The notes under the pieces are model-generated. The model worked only from the letters and a program-made list of their open reading frames with translations. It was not told the origin of the DNA and did not search any database. From Promethearchaeota archaeon (GTDB taxonomy: Archaea; Asgardarchaeota; Lokiarchaeia; Sigyniarchaeales; SOKP01): a stretch of DNA of 54,953 nucleotides. The DNA is taken from contig JBHLNL010000007.1 of the NCBI GenBank assembly GCA_048941605.1, positions 1 to 54,953 of the forward strand, read 5' to 3'. A program made the position numbers and the translations under genes. This document shows, in pieces, positions 1 through 9,627 of this stretch; within the stretch, counting starts at the first letter, position 1; each line of letters opens with the position of its first letter.

Positions 1-270
1 ATCCCAATTGATATTATTATTATACTATGACTGATCACATCAATTATGTCAGAATGAAATTAAGAAGTAAAAATTAATTTCAAACTAGAGATCATAAGAT
101 TAAAAGAAATATTAAGGCGGATATATTTTTAATAGGAGAGAACAATTTTTAACTCATAGATAATTGGCATAATTTTATAATTTAAAAGAAAAATTTTAAT
201 TAATTCTGATTATTTATATTATCAAAATAGTTCCTAATTTGAGTTATAAATCCTAAAGAGAGAAAAGAAA

Positions 271-888
271 ATGTCGCAAGAAATAATGATTCCCGGAGCT
301 GTGGGCGTAGCTATCAAATGTAAGGATGGTGTGGTGCTTGGAAATGATCGTCGTGCTACTTGGGGCTACACTGTCACTAATAAGTCAACCCAAAAGGTCT
401 TTAAGATTACAGATTATATTGGTCTCACATGTTATGGCTTAATAGGGGATTTCCAAATACTTATACGGATTCTTCGGGCACAAGCTAACCTCTACGAATT
501 AGAAACTGGGGAACATATATCTACAAAAAGTATGGGAAAATTAGTCTCAAATTACCTTTACTCACGTAAGATGGCTCCTCTATATACCAATTTAGTGATT
601 GCTGGAATGGATGAAGATGGACCAAAGTTATACACCCTCGATGCACTTGGTTCACTTATGGAAGATGATTATGGAACCGCTGGAACTGGGATGTTACTTT
701 CTATCGGTATTTTAGAAGCAGAATATAAAAAAGATATGACAGTTGCTGCAGGTATAAAATTAGTTGAGAAGGCTATTAGAAATTCTACTAAAAGAGATGC
801 AATGACAGGTAATGGTATAGATATTTTAATCATTACCGAAAAGGGAGCAGAAGAAAAATATTTCGAGATTAAAGAATTAGGAGAATAA
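271..888 (+). CDS. psmB: Proteasome beta subunit (Ntn fold), probably non-catalytic
   Basis: VAIKCKDGVVLGNDRRAT, KVFKITDYIG, GPKLYTLDALGS and RDAMTGNGID match the beta family; G-A-V-G stands where G-T-T-T is expected. Confidence 0.95.
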   Translation: MSQEIMIPGAVGVAIKCKDGVVLGNDRRATWGYTVTNKSTQKVFKITDYIGLTCYGLIGDFQILIRILRAQANLYELETGEHISTKSMGKLVSNYLYSRKMAPLYTNLVIAGMDEDGPKLYTLDALGSLMEDDYGTAGTGMLLSIGILEAEYKKDMTVAAGIKLVEKAIRNSTKRDAMTGNGIDILIITEKGAEEKYFEIKELGE

Positions 889-1003
889 TCTCTCTAACCC
901 TTTGTTTTTATATTTCAGAGATTCTACTTTTTTTACCATTAATAATTTATTTAATCAAAGCTTAATAATTATTGAATACTCATGTGCTAATAGGCGTAAA
1001 ATC

Positions 1004-3064
1004 ATGGTGAATTTTTCAAATAATAAGTTCAATGATAAAAGGGAAATTCAAGGGTTTGCTAAAGATGAGATTATAAAAATTAAGGAAACTATTGCAAAGC
1101 TAAAATCTGAAGATATTGAGGGTACAAAGTTAAATGACTATTTAAGATCAAAACTTCACACTTCCCCTGAAATTCTTAATCAATATTCTAGCTATTTAAA
1201 AGATCTAGAAGTATTTGTATATGATTATTTATTATCAATTGATAATTTTAATTATTTCTATTTAAAGACTGAAATACTAAATGAATTACAGGTTATTTCA
1301 AATAATTTGCAAAATCTTAGCTCTAATACCAGAAATATAAGAAGAATAATAAAACACAACATATCATTAGAAGATTCCCTTGTGATAATAGAGGATCTTC
1401 TTAAAAAGAGTACTTCTCTTGGATCCAATATACAGCAATCAATTAAAGAAATTATCTCTGTTCATCAGGATTTTACAATGCTTTGGACAGAAATTAATAG
1501 GATTAAGAATTTGAATTTTAAATTAAATGATATACCTCCCACAATAGAAAAATGGGATGAAATTAAAGAATTAGTTACTTTTATTATAAGTCTAAATGAT
1601 GTTTTTCAGAATAAAAGGAAGAAAGATAAAAAAGAGAAGATTTTAACATTTCATTTTGAGGAGATTTATCAGTTCTTCCTTTCAAAAGATGAAAGTAGGA
1701 TAAAATTTTATTCTGATTTGATATATCTTTTATATTTAAACAAAATTTTTGAAATATATCAAGGAGAGGAATTTATTAATATCCTTGAAAGAAAAGAAGT
1801 CATACACAACCTGAAAAATTTTATACGTCCTCTGCTTAAACAATTAATTGAAGTAAAATTAGTAGATGTTTTAGCTGAAATTGATGATATTAATTCAAAA
1901 GAAAAAGATTTGAATATTAATTTAAAGACTTTAAATAATCAAAGAATTAGTGAATTTTTACCAAAAATTGTTGATTATTATATAGTAGCTCTAGAGAAGA
2001 AATTTCAGGAGAAAATACATGATGTAATTGAAGCGGAGCAATTCGAAGAAATTGCTAATTTTTATTATCAAAAAATCGATCATTTTTTATCTAAAGTTAA
2101 TGAGATCGAAGATTGGGTTCTAAATGTTGAGAATTTCCTAAATCCTTACGAAACTATTACCGTAGCATTGAGAAAAATATTTTCTAATGTATCCTCTGAA
2201 GTATTTCGTAGAAAAAATGAATATCTAACTTTTATTAAAACTGTTAAAGATGAAGAACTAAGAGTTGATATAAGAAAATTTGTCTCTAGTAAAATATCAG
2301 AGGTAAATGATTTGATTAGAGTATATGAGGATGAAGCATCTTTAATAATTAAAGAGGAATTCCCTCAACTCAAGAGAATTAGAGAAATTTTAAATGATTA
2401 TAACATTAAAATCCAGAAAATTAAAGATGAAGTATTTAAAAAATTAGATTCTGTAAAATCAAATGATGTCGATATATATCAAGTAATAAAATTTTGGGAA
2501 GATAGTTTAAATCGGAAAAAGCAACAATTAACTTTTCTTATCTCTCTTATTCTTAATAAATTGTTTAAGAGTTTTAAAGAATTAATTGAGAAAGAAGGAA
2601 TTTTATTTGCAACTATTACAGAGATCACTGAACAAACAGAAAATTTCGAGGGATTACCTCTTAATTTTGCATTATCATCATTTTTAGCAGAGAAACTAAC
2701 AGAAGAAGAATTGAAGGAGAGAATTTCTGAGATTAAGGCTAAAGTAAACCAATTGAATAATTCACTAGGTCTTTATCAAGTTGAAGTAGCAAAATTGGAG
2801 ACAATACTGGCAAATAGAGTTAAAGTAAGAAAAGGAATATCTAGTTCAGATGTTCAATGTACAGTTTGTCATAAATTTATTAATTTTGCTTCAGATAGAG
2901 TTATTACTTGCCCTTTTTGTGGAAGTACTTATCATTATTTATGTGTTGCGTTTTGGCTTTCTAAATATAACTCATGTCCAATGTGTCAAAACCATTTTCT
3001 TGAACCTCATTCAGAGCTATTTGAAACTGAAGAAGATCATGAATTAGATGATATTAAATATTGA
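1004..3064 (+). CDS. Large helical/coiled-coil protein with C-terminal C4HC3 RING finger (candidate E3 ligase)
   Basis: CTVC-x13-CPFC-x4-H-x2-C-x3-W-x6-CPMC at 2858-2986; ATG at 1004 preferred over the track's TTG at 902. Confidence 0.8.
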   Translation: MVNFSNNKFNDKREIQGFAKDEIIKIKETIAKLKSEDIEGTKLNDYLRSKLHTSPEILNQYSSYLKDLEVFVYDYLLSIDNFNYFYLKTEILNELQVISNNLQNLSSNTRNIRRIIKHNISLEDSLVIIEDLLKKSTSLGSNIQQSIKEIISVHQDFTMLWTEINRIKNLNFKLNDIPPTIEKWDEIKELVTFIISLNDVFQNKRKKDKKEKILTFHFEEIYQFFLSKDESRIKFYSDLIYLLYLNKIFEIYQGEEFINILERKEVIHNLKNFIRPLLKQLIEVKLVDVLAEIDDINSKEKDLNINLKTLNNQRISEFLPKIVDYYIVALEKKFQEKIHDVIEAEQFEEIANFYYQKIDHFLSKVNEIEDWVLNVENFLNPYETITVALRKIFSNVSSEVFRRKNEYLTFIKTVKDEELRVDIRKFVSSKISEVNDLIRVYEDEASLIIKEEFPQLKRIREILNDYNIKIQKIKDEVFKKLDSVKSNDVDIYQVIKFWEDSLNRKKQQLTFLISLILNKLFKSFKELIEKEGILFATITEITEQTENFEGLPLNFALSSFLAEKLTEEELKERISEIKAKVNQLNNSLGLYQVEVAKLETILANRVKVRKGISSSDVQCTVCHKFINFASDRVITCPFCGSTYHYLCVAFWLSKYNSCPMCQNHFLEPHSELFETEEDHELDDIKY

Positions 3065-3093
3065 TTCTTAAATATCTGTCTTCATTTTTTAGA

Positions 3094-3747
3094 TCATATC
3101 ACGGGAGGGGAGAGAAATATATTAAATGTCAAATATGTTCCAAAAATTATCATAAAAGCCCCGCAAATTATCAAAACATATTTATAAATTTTAGGATTTA
3201 AAGATTTACCACCAAAATATACAAAAATAGAAATTGGTATATACCACACGAAATCACCTAATTCATGTCCAATGAAAAATAATAAAAGTCCGAGAGGATT
3301 TCCAAAAGTTATATTATAATTTACCAAGAATCCCCATCCAACTAAAGCCCACCATAACTCCCAATACGGGTTTGATAGGCTCACTATAATGCCTCCAACA
3401 AAACTATTTCCTTTATAACCCTTTGAATCTTCTTGGATTAATCCTAAAGAAAAATCAGTTTTATAGGCATCTCGTATAACGAAAATCCCATATATTTCTA
3501 ACAAAATTCCTCCTACAACACCAACTATTGTTAAGAAGATAATATTTTGAAAAAACAATGATGCTCCTGCTAGCAATATGATTATTAAGGTAAATTCTAT
3601 TAATGCATGACCTAGTAAAATAAATACTCCTGCGAGATATCCCCTTTTTTGTTTAACAGATTTATATATGGTAAATGTTAATAAAGGTCCTGGTGATAAT
3701 GCACCTGATAAAGCTACGAGAAAGGACATCAACAAAATTTCAATCAT
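3094..3747 (-). CDS. LysE-family translocator
   Basis: ALSGALSPGP, LGHALIE and SLSNPYW motifs; multiple TM helices. Confidence 0.85.
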   Translation of the reverse strand: MIEILLMSFLVALSGALSPGPLLTFTIYKSVKQKRGYLAGVFILLGHALIEFTLIIILLAGASLFFQNIIFLTIVGVVGGILLEIYGIFVIRDAYKTDFSLGLIQEDSKGYKGNSFVGGIIVSLSNPYWELWWALVGWGFLVNYNITFGNPLGLLLFFIGHELGDFVWYIPISIFVYFGGKSLNPKIYKYVLIICGAFMIIFGTYLTFNIFLSPPVI

Positions 3748-3767
3748 AGTTCTTTAAATTAAAGCCT

Positions 3768-4238
3768 TTATCCTAACAACCATCTCATAACTGCAAACAC
3801 TACGATAACAATGATTAGAATTGGTATAATTAATAGTAAAATCCAAAGATAAGCTCGTAAAAAGCCTCTCCTAAAAGATTTTAATCCCTCCTTCCAATCT
3901 TGTCGTGTTTTTTCTTGCCATTCTTTAAAATCTTGACGAACTTTATTCTTGTAAGTATCCCATTGTTCTTTTGTTTCTATTCTTCGTTGTTCTACACCTT
4001 GGTTCCATTCTTTTATATTATTTTCCCAATCTTGTTTAACTTTTTTGAAGAAACCATTCACTTTTTCTTTATTCTCTTCCCATAATTCTTTGTTCTTTTT
4101 TGATTGTTTTTCTAGACTATTTTTAAAAGTTTCGAATCCATCCTTTATTCCATCTAAAAAGTTTTGCCAACCTTTTGAACTCTGTTTTTCAGTTTCTATT
4201 TGTTTTTCAGAATCTTCTGAATTGTTTTCATTACTCAT
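3768..4238 (-). CDS. Hypothetical tail-anchored protein with Trp-rich 11-mer amphipathic repeats
   Basis: KVKQDW / KVRQDF / KTRQDW repeats; single hydrophobic helix at the extreme C-terminus. Confidence 0.7.
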   Translation of the reverse strand: MSNENNSEDSEKQIETEKQSSKGWQNFLDGIKDGFETFKNSLEKQSKKNKELWEENKEKVNGFFKKVKQDWENNIKEWNQGVEQRRIETKEQWDTYKNKVRQDFKEWQEKTRQDWKEGLKSFRRGFLRAYLWILLLIIPILIIVIVVFAVMRWLLG

Positions 4239-4355
4239 AATTGTTGGTTAATTTTTTTTAATATTTAAATTCAGTAAATAAAATTCAATTCCATACAAAT
4301 ATTATTTATTCCTAGATAAGATTCTTTTTAATTTTTAAAAAGTGTATTGATAATT

Positions 4356-5732
4356 ATGAAATTTAGCATTATTCAAAAAACTCCATTATTTAATACTTTT
4401 TCAGAAATTGGAAAAAGAATATTTCTACCAGATGGGATTTTCTATTGGTCTGGAAGAGCTAAAAATGAAGCTGAGTTAATTGGAACAATTGGAGCCGCTT
4501 ATGGTTTTGAGAAGGATTTTATTGAAGGAGGAGATTCTGATTGGTTGCCTTGTTATCTGAAAGAAATTGCAGAATATTCAAACTTAAATATTAATGAGAT
4601 CGTTCCTTATACCTCTATTGGTGGATTGAAGGCTACAAGGGAAATTTGGAAGGAATGGATAGTATACAAATCATTATATAACCTGAATGACGATTTATCT
4701 TCGAGATTAAACAAATATATAACAACTCCAATAATAACAGGGGGAGTTACTAACGGAATTTTTCAAGCTTGCTCAATATTTTTAGATCCAAGTGATTATA
4801 TTATAGTTCCAAATAAGAGATGGGGTAATTATGATAATATTATAAACAAATTCATTGGTGCAAAAATTAAATCTTTCGAATTTTTTAAAAATAGTAAGAT
4901 AAATTTTAATGGATTGGAGACTGCTATCAGAGAAATTGGTAAAAAACAAGAAAAGATTGTCATCCTTTTAAATTTTCCCAATAACCCGACCGGCTACGTC
5001 CCCACAGAAGAAGAGGGTTTTAAAATTGTTGAAACATTAAAAGAATGCCAAATAGCTCAAGAAAAACCAATTATTGTTTTAGCTGATGATGCGTATGAAC
5101 CATATATTTTCAAAGATAACGTGTTAAAGAGATCAATATTCTATGACTTACATCAATTGGATGAAAATGTCATTCCAATTAAATTAGATGGAATTACCAA
5201 GGAACTTTTAATTTATGGAGGGCGTATTGGTTTTCTCACATTAGGGTTAAAGCCAAAATGGATAAAAAACGATGAAGAATTGAAAATTTTAAAACAGGAA
5301 ATAAATAATAAATTGGAAGGTTTTGTTCGGGCAACAATTTCAAATTGTAATAGTTTCTACCAAGTAATTGTCCATAAGTTATTTCAGGAAAAGGGAATAG
5401 ATCAAATTATGCAATCAAGAAATGCTGTACTAAATTTACTCAAAAAAAGATATGAATGTATTAATTCCGAGTTAGAGAAAATAGATAATCCAAATATTTC
5501 AGTCGATCCTAATTCGGGAGGATTTTTTGTATTTTTAAATTTAAACTCTGATAAAATTAAAGCCACAGATTTCGCAGATCACTTATTAAAAGAATTCAAA
5601 GTAGGGATAATTCCCGTTGAGAAGTTAGACGAAAATGTAAATGGAATTCGAATTGCTTATTGCTCCGTAGATCTAAACAAAATACCGGAATTGATTAGAA
5701 GAATTAATTTAGCTTTAAATGAATTTTCTTAG
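4356..5732 (+). CDS. Class I/II PLP-dependent aminotransferase
   Basis: NFPNNPTGY, DDAYE, DGITK...GGRIG (PLP lysine) and GIRIAY; ATG at 4356. Confidence 0.9.
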   Translation: MKFSIIQKTPLFNTFSEIGKRIFLPDGIFYWSGRAKNEAELIGTIGAAYGFEKDFIEGGDSDWLPCYLKEIAEYSNLNINEIVPYTSIGGLKATREIWKEWIVYKSLYNLNDDLSSRLNKYITTPIITGGVTNGIFQACSIFLDPSDYIIVPNKRWGNYDNIINKFIGAKIKSFEFFKNSKINFNGLETAIREIGKKQEKIVILLNFPNNPTGYVPTEEEGFKIVETLKECQIAQEKPIIVLADDAYEPYIFKDNVLKRSIFYDLHQLDENVIPIKLDGITKELLIYGGRIGFLTLGLKPKWIKNDEELKILKQEINNKLEGFVRATISNCNSFYQVIVHKLFQEKGIDQIMQSRNAVLNLLKKRYECINSELEKIDNPNISVDPNSGGFFVFLNLNSDKIKATDFADHLLKEFKVGIIPVEKLDENVNGIRIAYCSVDLNKIPELIRRINLALNEFS

Positions 5733-5862
5733 CTTTTTTTCAACCTTTCTGAAGAGAATAATATATTAATATTATCTTAGTTTTTATCAAAATTTTTATA
5801 AACTTATTTTTATAATGTTATTAAAAAATAATTTAATTTATTCAAAAAAGTGAGAATAAAAC

Positions 5863-6870
5863 ATGAAACTTTTTCTTATTGATCAAGGAAATCTAAATGA
5901 AATAAATAAGCCAATCTTTTCCAGTGGAGATGTTTATCTTGTTGACGATGAAAAAACCATCTATGTCTGGATAGGTAATAAATGCTCTGTGGATGAGAAA
6001 ACCGCTGGTGCTGCTCAAGCAAGAACACTCGACCAGCAGCGCGGAGGTGCTGCCAAGATAATTACAGTAGATCAGGGGCAAGAATCAAAAGAATTTATGA
6101 AAGCAATTAACCTTATGGGTGCCATGAAAATTGTTGAAAAGAATTTTGCCAAAACATTACTTAAGGATGTCACAACTGGCGATTTTGCGCAATTCCATGA
6201 GTGGAAAAATGTATTGTATCGAGTCTCTTCAGAGGAATTTGAAGATATCAATGCTATGAAGATGATTCAGGTTCCTTTTAAAAAAGAATCATTAGCCTCA
6301 GAAGATTGTTTTGTTGCAGATTTAGGTAATAAAGTATATATTTGGCAAGGGAATGCTTGTACTGTGACTGAACGTGTAAGAGCAGGACAGTGGGCACGAG
6401 CTATAGACGCTGATAGAGCAGGATTGCAACAGGAAACTATTTTTGAAGAAGGTGATGATTCAGAATTTCTAGCGGCTATAACAAGAGGAGAAGATTATAA
6501 AGAATCTGATGCAGTACAATTAAAGGCAGAATCTGTATTAGAGGGTGAGGATGAAGATGACAGAGTAGCAAAAGCAATCCAACCAGAATTTAAATCAAAA
6601 GTAATGGAAGTTTCTCCAGATGAAGTAAAAGCAGATATTTCGGAAGTAAAAGCTTCTGGAGCAGCTCCAGGCATTCCAGGCAGAACAGATTCTTCCATTT
6701 TAACTGTAGAAAAATTAGAGGGTCGAAGGAAATGCCCAGAATGTGACAATGATAATCCCCTTATGATTCATGAAAGCGTTGATAAGTCTAATATAATTCT
6801 TGATTATCCACGAGTTTATGGAAAGAAATATAAATGTGGCCAATGTGGAGTAGAGTGGCGCGAAAAATAA
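5863..6870 (+). CDS. Two-domain gelsolin-like actin regulator with C-terminal Zn ribbon
   Basis: Two gelsolin repeats (SSGDVYLVD..IYVWIG..CSVDEK..QGQESKEF and SEDCFVAD..VYIWQG..TVTER..EGDDSEF), acidic linker, then CPEC...CGQC. Confidence 0.9.
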   Translation: MKLFLIDQGNLNEINKPIFSSGDVYLVDDEKTIYVWIGNKCSVDEKTAGAAQARTLDQQRGGAAKIITVDQGQESKEFMKAINLMGAMKIVEKNFAKTLLKDVTTGDFAQFHEWKNVLYRVSSEEFEDINAMKMIQVPFKKESLASEDCFVADLGNKVYIWQGNACTVTERVRAGQWARAIDADRAGLQQETIFEEGDDSEFLAAITRGEDYKESDAVQLKAESVLEGEDEDDRVAKAIQPEFKSKVMEVSPDEVKADISEVKASGAAPGIPGRTDSSILTVEKLEGRRKCPECDNDNPLMIHESVDKSNIILDYPRVYGKKYKCGQCGVEWREK

Positions 6871-6884
6871 AGTTATTCTAAATA

Positions 6885-6905
6885 TTTTATTTTTTCTCTT
6901 TTTTT
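6885..6905 (+). terminator. Oligo-T tract, probable intrinsic terminator
   Basis: T-rich run 15 nt after the gelsolin stop, between convergent genes. Confidence 0.5.
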
Positions 6906-6944
6906 AAAAGTCTAATATTAAAAAGAATTTATAACCTCAATTAA

Positions 6945-8045
6945 TTATGATTTCTGAAGATCTCTTCTCATCATTTTAATTTTCTTTTTAAGTTCAATTA
7001 TTTCTTCATTTTTTTGTTCGAGTTCTGATTCGAGTTTTACTTTTTCATCTTCAATTTGTTGGAGATCCCTTAAAAGCTGTTCTTCCTTTTGTTTTGTATC
7101 ACCTGTTTTGCTCTGTAATTCCTTCAACTGTTCTCTGAGACTCTTTATTTCCTGTGTTTTATCATCAAGTATATTTCGCATATTGGCGAGCTCTAATTCA
7201 AATTTACCTGCAAGGTTTCCAGCTTTTTTATGTGCGTCTTCTAATTTTTGTTCAAGATGATCTATTAAATCCTGATTAGATATGTTTTTTTGTTTCATTT
7301 CTTCAATTTCTACGACAAGTGTTTTATTTCGTTCTATTTTCTTTTCAAGATCCTTCTTTACTAAATTGAATGTTTCTAATTTTTGTTGAAGATCATGAAT
7401 TTTTTGATGGGCAGTTTTCAGATCATTTTCAATAGTAAAAATTGATTTTTCTTTTTCAGTTATAATTTCATCTTTTTTTTCTAAGAGAACTTCAAGTTTT
7501 TCAAATTTAGATTTTTGGATGGAATCTTTTTCAAGGTACTGAAGTTGTTCTTTTAATTCTTTAATCATTATTTCTTTTTCATCCAATTTATTAATTAAAT
7601 CCTGATTTTCAGTTTGTTTTGATTTAATTTGCTCAATTTCAGAAGTTAGTTCTTTAATTTTTTCGACTTGGTCATTGATAATTTTATTGAATTTTGATGA
7701 TTCTTCCTCAAATGTAGAATTTAGTTTTTCGATTTCATCATTTTTAGTTTCAATTGTTTCATATAATTTTTGAACGGCTTGATTTTGCATGGTAGTTTCT
7801 TCAGCTTGTTGAGTTATTTCTTTAATATTTTGCTCTAAATTCTGTATTTTTTGACTTTTTTCAGAAATCTCCCCGATTAATCTTTTATTTTCCTCCATAA
7901 AGTAGTCGAGTTGTTCTTTAAGCTCGTCTTCAGTTTTTAATATTTCTTCTTTCTCTTCTTTTTCTTCTACCCAACCGAGCGTCGAGAGTGCATCAACAAT
8001 TGATTTATCGTTATCTTCCTCATGACTTTCACGATCATCAGACAT
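6945..8045 (-). CDS. Long uninterrupted coiled-coil protein
   Basis: E/K/Q/L-rich heptads over about 330 aa, no Pro, no globular domain. Confidence 0.8.
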   Translation of the reverse strand: MSDDRESHEEDNDKSIVDALSTLGWVEEKEEKEEILKTEDELKEQLDYFMEENKRLIGEISEKSQKIQNLEQNIKEITQQAEETTMQNQAVQKLYETIETKNDEIEKLNSTFEEESSKFNKIINDQVEKIKELTSEIEQIKSKQTENQDLINKLDEKEIMIKELKEQLQYLEKDSIQKSKFEKLEVLLEKKDEIITEKEKSIFTIENDLKTAHQKIHDLQQKLETFNLVKKDLEKKIERNKTLVVEIEEMKQKNISNQDLIDHLEQKLEDAHKKAGNLAGKFELELANMRNILDDKTQEIKSLREQLKELQSKTGDTKQKEEQLLRDLQQIEDEKVKLESELEQKNEEIIELKKKIKMMRRDLQKS

Positions 8046-8080
8046 ATGTTTAAAATCACCATTTGATCTATTAAATTTTA

Positions 8081-8584
8081 TTATTTTTCAATTTTTAATT
8101 CTTCTATATTAAAAATATATCGTCTATCTAAGAAAAATTTTGTAATATATCCAATAGTAAGTGCGATTATAAAGCTAATTTCTAGCGGTGTATTTAGATA
8201 ATTTGTTAATAAAAATTGAATTCCAATATTTTCAATAGTTGTTATTATTGCAAAGCCGAAATATTTAAAGAATTCTATTGATGTTTCTTTTAATCCAGTG
8301 CCGGTTTTTTTAAAAACTATATATTTATCAAGAAAGAATTTAATAATATAGGTAATTCCTACTGCGAAAATGGAGCCAATTAATTCACGCATATTGAATG
8401 GTTCAACTGAACAATAAAATACATGAAAAAACTCAATTGTCCCAAAACTTTGACAGAAAACTGGAGCTATAACTAATTGGTTTAGTTTTTGAATTAAATA
8501 ATTCAGGCCAATCATTAAAGCCGCAAATAAAAAATAGAGCATCATTTGTCTTTTAATATCATTATTTTCAACCATATTTAACAC
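8081..8584 (-). CDS. GtrA-family membrane protein
   Basis: Duplicated KFFLDKY.VF / KFFLDRRY.F motif; EFFKYFGFA; four TM helices. Confidence 0.8.
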   Translation of the reverse strand: MLNMVENNDIKRQMMLYFLFAALMIGLNYLIQKLNQLVIAPVFCQSFGTIEFFHVFYCSVEPFNMRELIGSIFAVGITYIIKFFLDKYIVFKKTGTGLKETSIEFFKYFGFAIITTIENIGIQFLLTNYLNTPLEISFIIALTIGYITKFFLDRRYIFNIEELKIEK

Positions 8585-8587
8585 ATC

Positions 8588-8881
8588 TTATTCAATTATT
8601 AATTTTTCTCCACAATGATAGCAAAATTTCGCAACAGACTTTGTTATTACACCTTTACATCTCGGACAATATCTCAATTTTGAATTATCAATATCCTCCA
8701 AGAGTGAAAAATCAGTTTTTTTATTTTCAAATTTAGCACCTTGGGATTTAATAGAGCTAAAAGAAAAGGGTAAAAAGCAAATAATTGGGATAAAAAAAAA
8801 GAAATCAATAGTCAATGATAATACTAAGAAAATTATAAAAATCGAGATAAAAATTAAGTTTAAAACAAAATTTCGCTTCAT
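8588..8881 (-). CDS. Small membrane protein with C-terminal zinc ribbon
   Basis: N-terminal hydrophobic stretch; YCPRC...AKFCYHCG; ATG at 8881. Confidence 0.7.
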   Translation of the reverse strand: MKRNFVLNLIFISIFIIFLVLSLTIDFFFFIPIICFLPFSFSSIKSQGAKFENKKTDFSLLEDIDNSKLRYCPRCKGVITKSVAKFCYHCGEKLIIE

Positions 8882-8928
8882 TTTTATTAAATAACTCAAA
8901 ACAATTAAAAATTATACTTTATGATTTT

Positions 8929-9510
8929 TTATTCCTCAATACGATCTTTCCAAGAGTCTGTTCTTGTTAAATTGTCATCTTGTATAGCTGAAGGTGCATA
9001 AAGTGAACCTCCTGCTCTTTGTCGAGTAGGTGAAACAATCTCCATGATTTCTCTGAAAGATTCTTGTGTTTTGCCCTTCTCTCCTATAAGTCTTTTTACC
9101 ACATATATTATTACAGAAAAATACAGTGAAAAAATTAAGTAAAGAGCTAGCCATCCACTGCCAAAAATTAGGATTGGAAAGGGGAGTAATCCACTATTAT
9201 AATCTATATAAATAAAACCTAAAACTACAAAAATACCTATAAAAATTGAGCATCTAAGACACAGAGGAACCAATTGTTTTTTCATCATCAATTTCATAAA
9301 TTGTGTTGATTCACGTTGCAATTGAGCCATTGATTGGTAATCTCCTAGAACTTGGGCATTCTTCATGCGTTCTCTAAGATTTATTGCTTTTTTTCTCATA
9401 TCTTTTAAGTTTTCCTTTTTAATTCCTAAGGCATAATTAAGAATCATGCCTAAGAGTATCATCCCTAAAGTTATAATAAGAATTTGTAATATTACTGCTA
9501 AATTTGACAT
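8929..9510 (-). CDS. DUF106 / EMC3-TMCO1 (Oxa1 superfamily) membrane insertase-like protein
   Basis: TM1, cytosolic helical hairpin, Met-rich MKLMMKKQLVP, TM2, LPFP and GWLALYLIFS TM3. Confidence 0.75.
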   Translation of the reverse strand: MSNLAVILQILIITLGMILLGMILNYALGIKKENLKDMRKKAINLRERMKNAQVLGDYQSMAQLQRESTQFMKLMMKKQLVPLCLRCSIFIGIFVVLGFIYIDYNSGLLPFPILIFGSGWLALYLIFSLYFSVIIYVVKRLIGEKGKTQESFREIMEIVSPTRQRAGGSLYAPSAIQDDNLTRTDSWKDRIEE

Positions 9511-9627
9511 TATTCCATCACTATATTATGAAAATTATTTTTTTAATTAAATTTTTTGAATTGTCAATATTCTTGATGTATAATTTATATCAAGCTACAT
9601 AAATTTAAGATTGAGTAAAAACCTTTA

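Noticed and set aside
902-1003. TTG-started N-terminal extension of the RING protein
   Set aside because: AT-rich, looks like terminator/promoter sequence; the ATG at 1004 is more plausible
5795-5802. TATA-like TTTATAAA upstream of the gelsolin gene (and many similar boxes)
   Set aside because: Too frequent in DNA this AT-rich to call without TSS data
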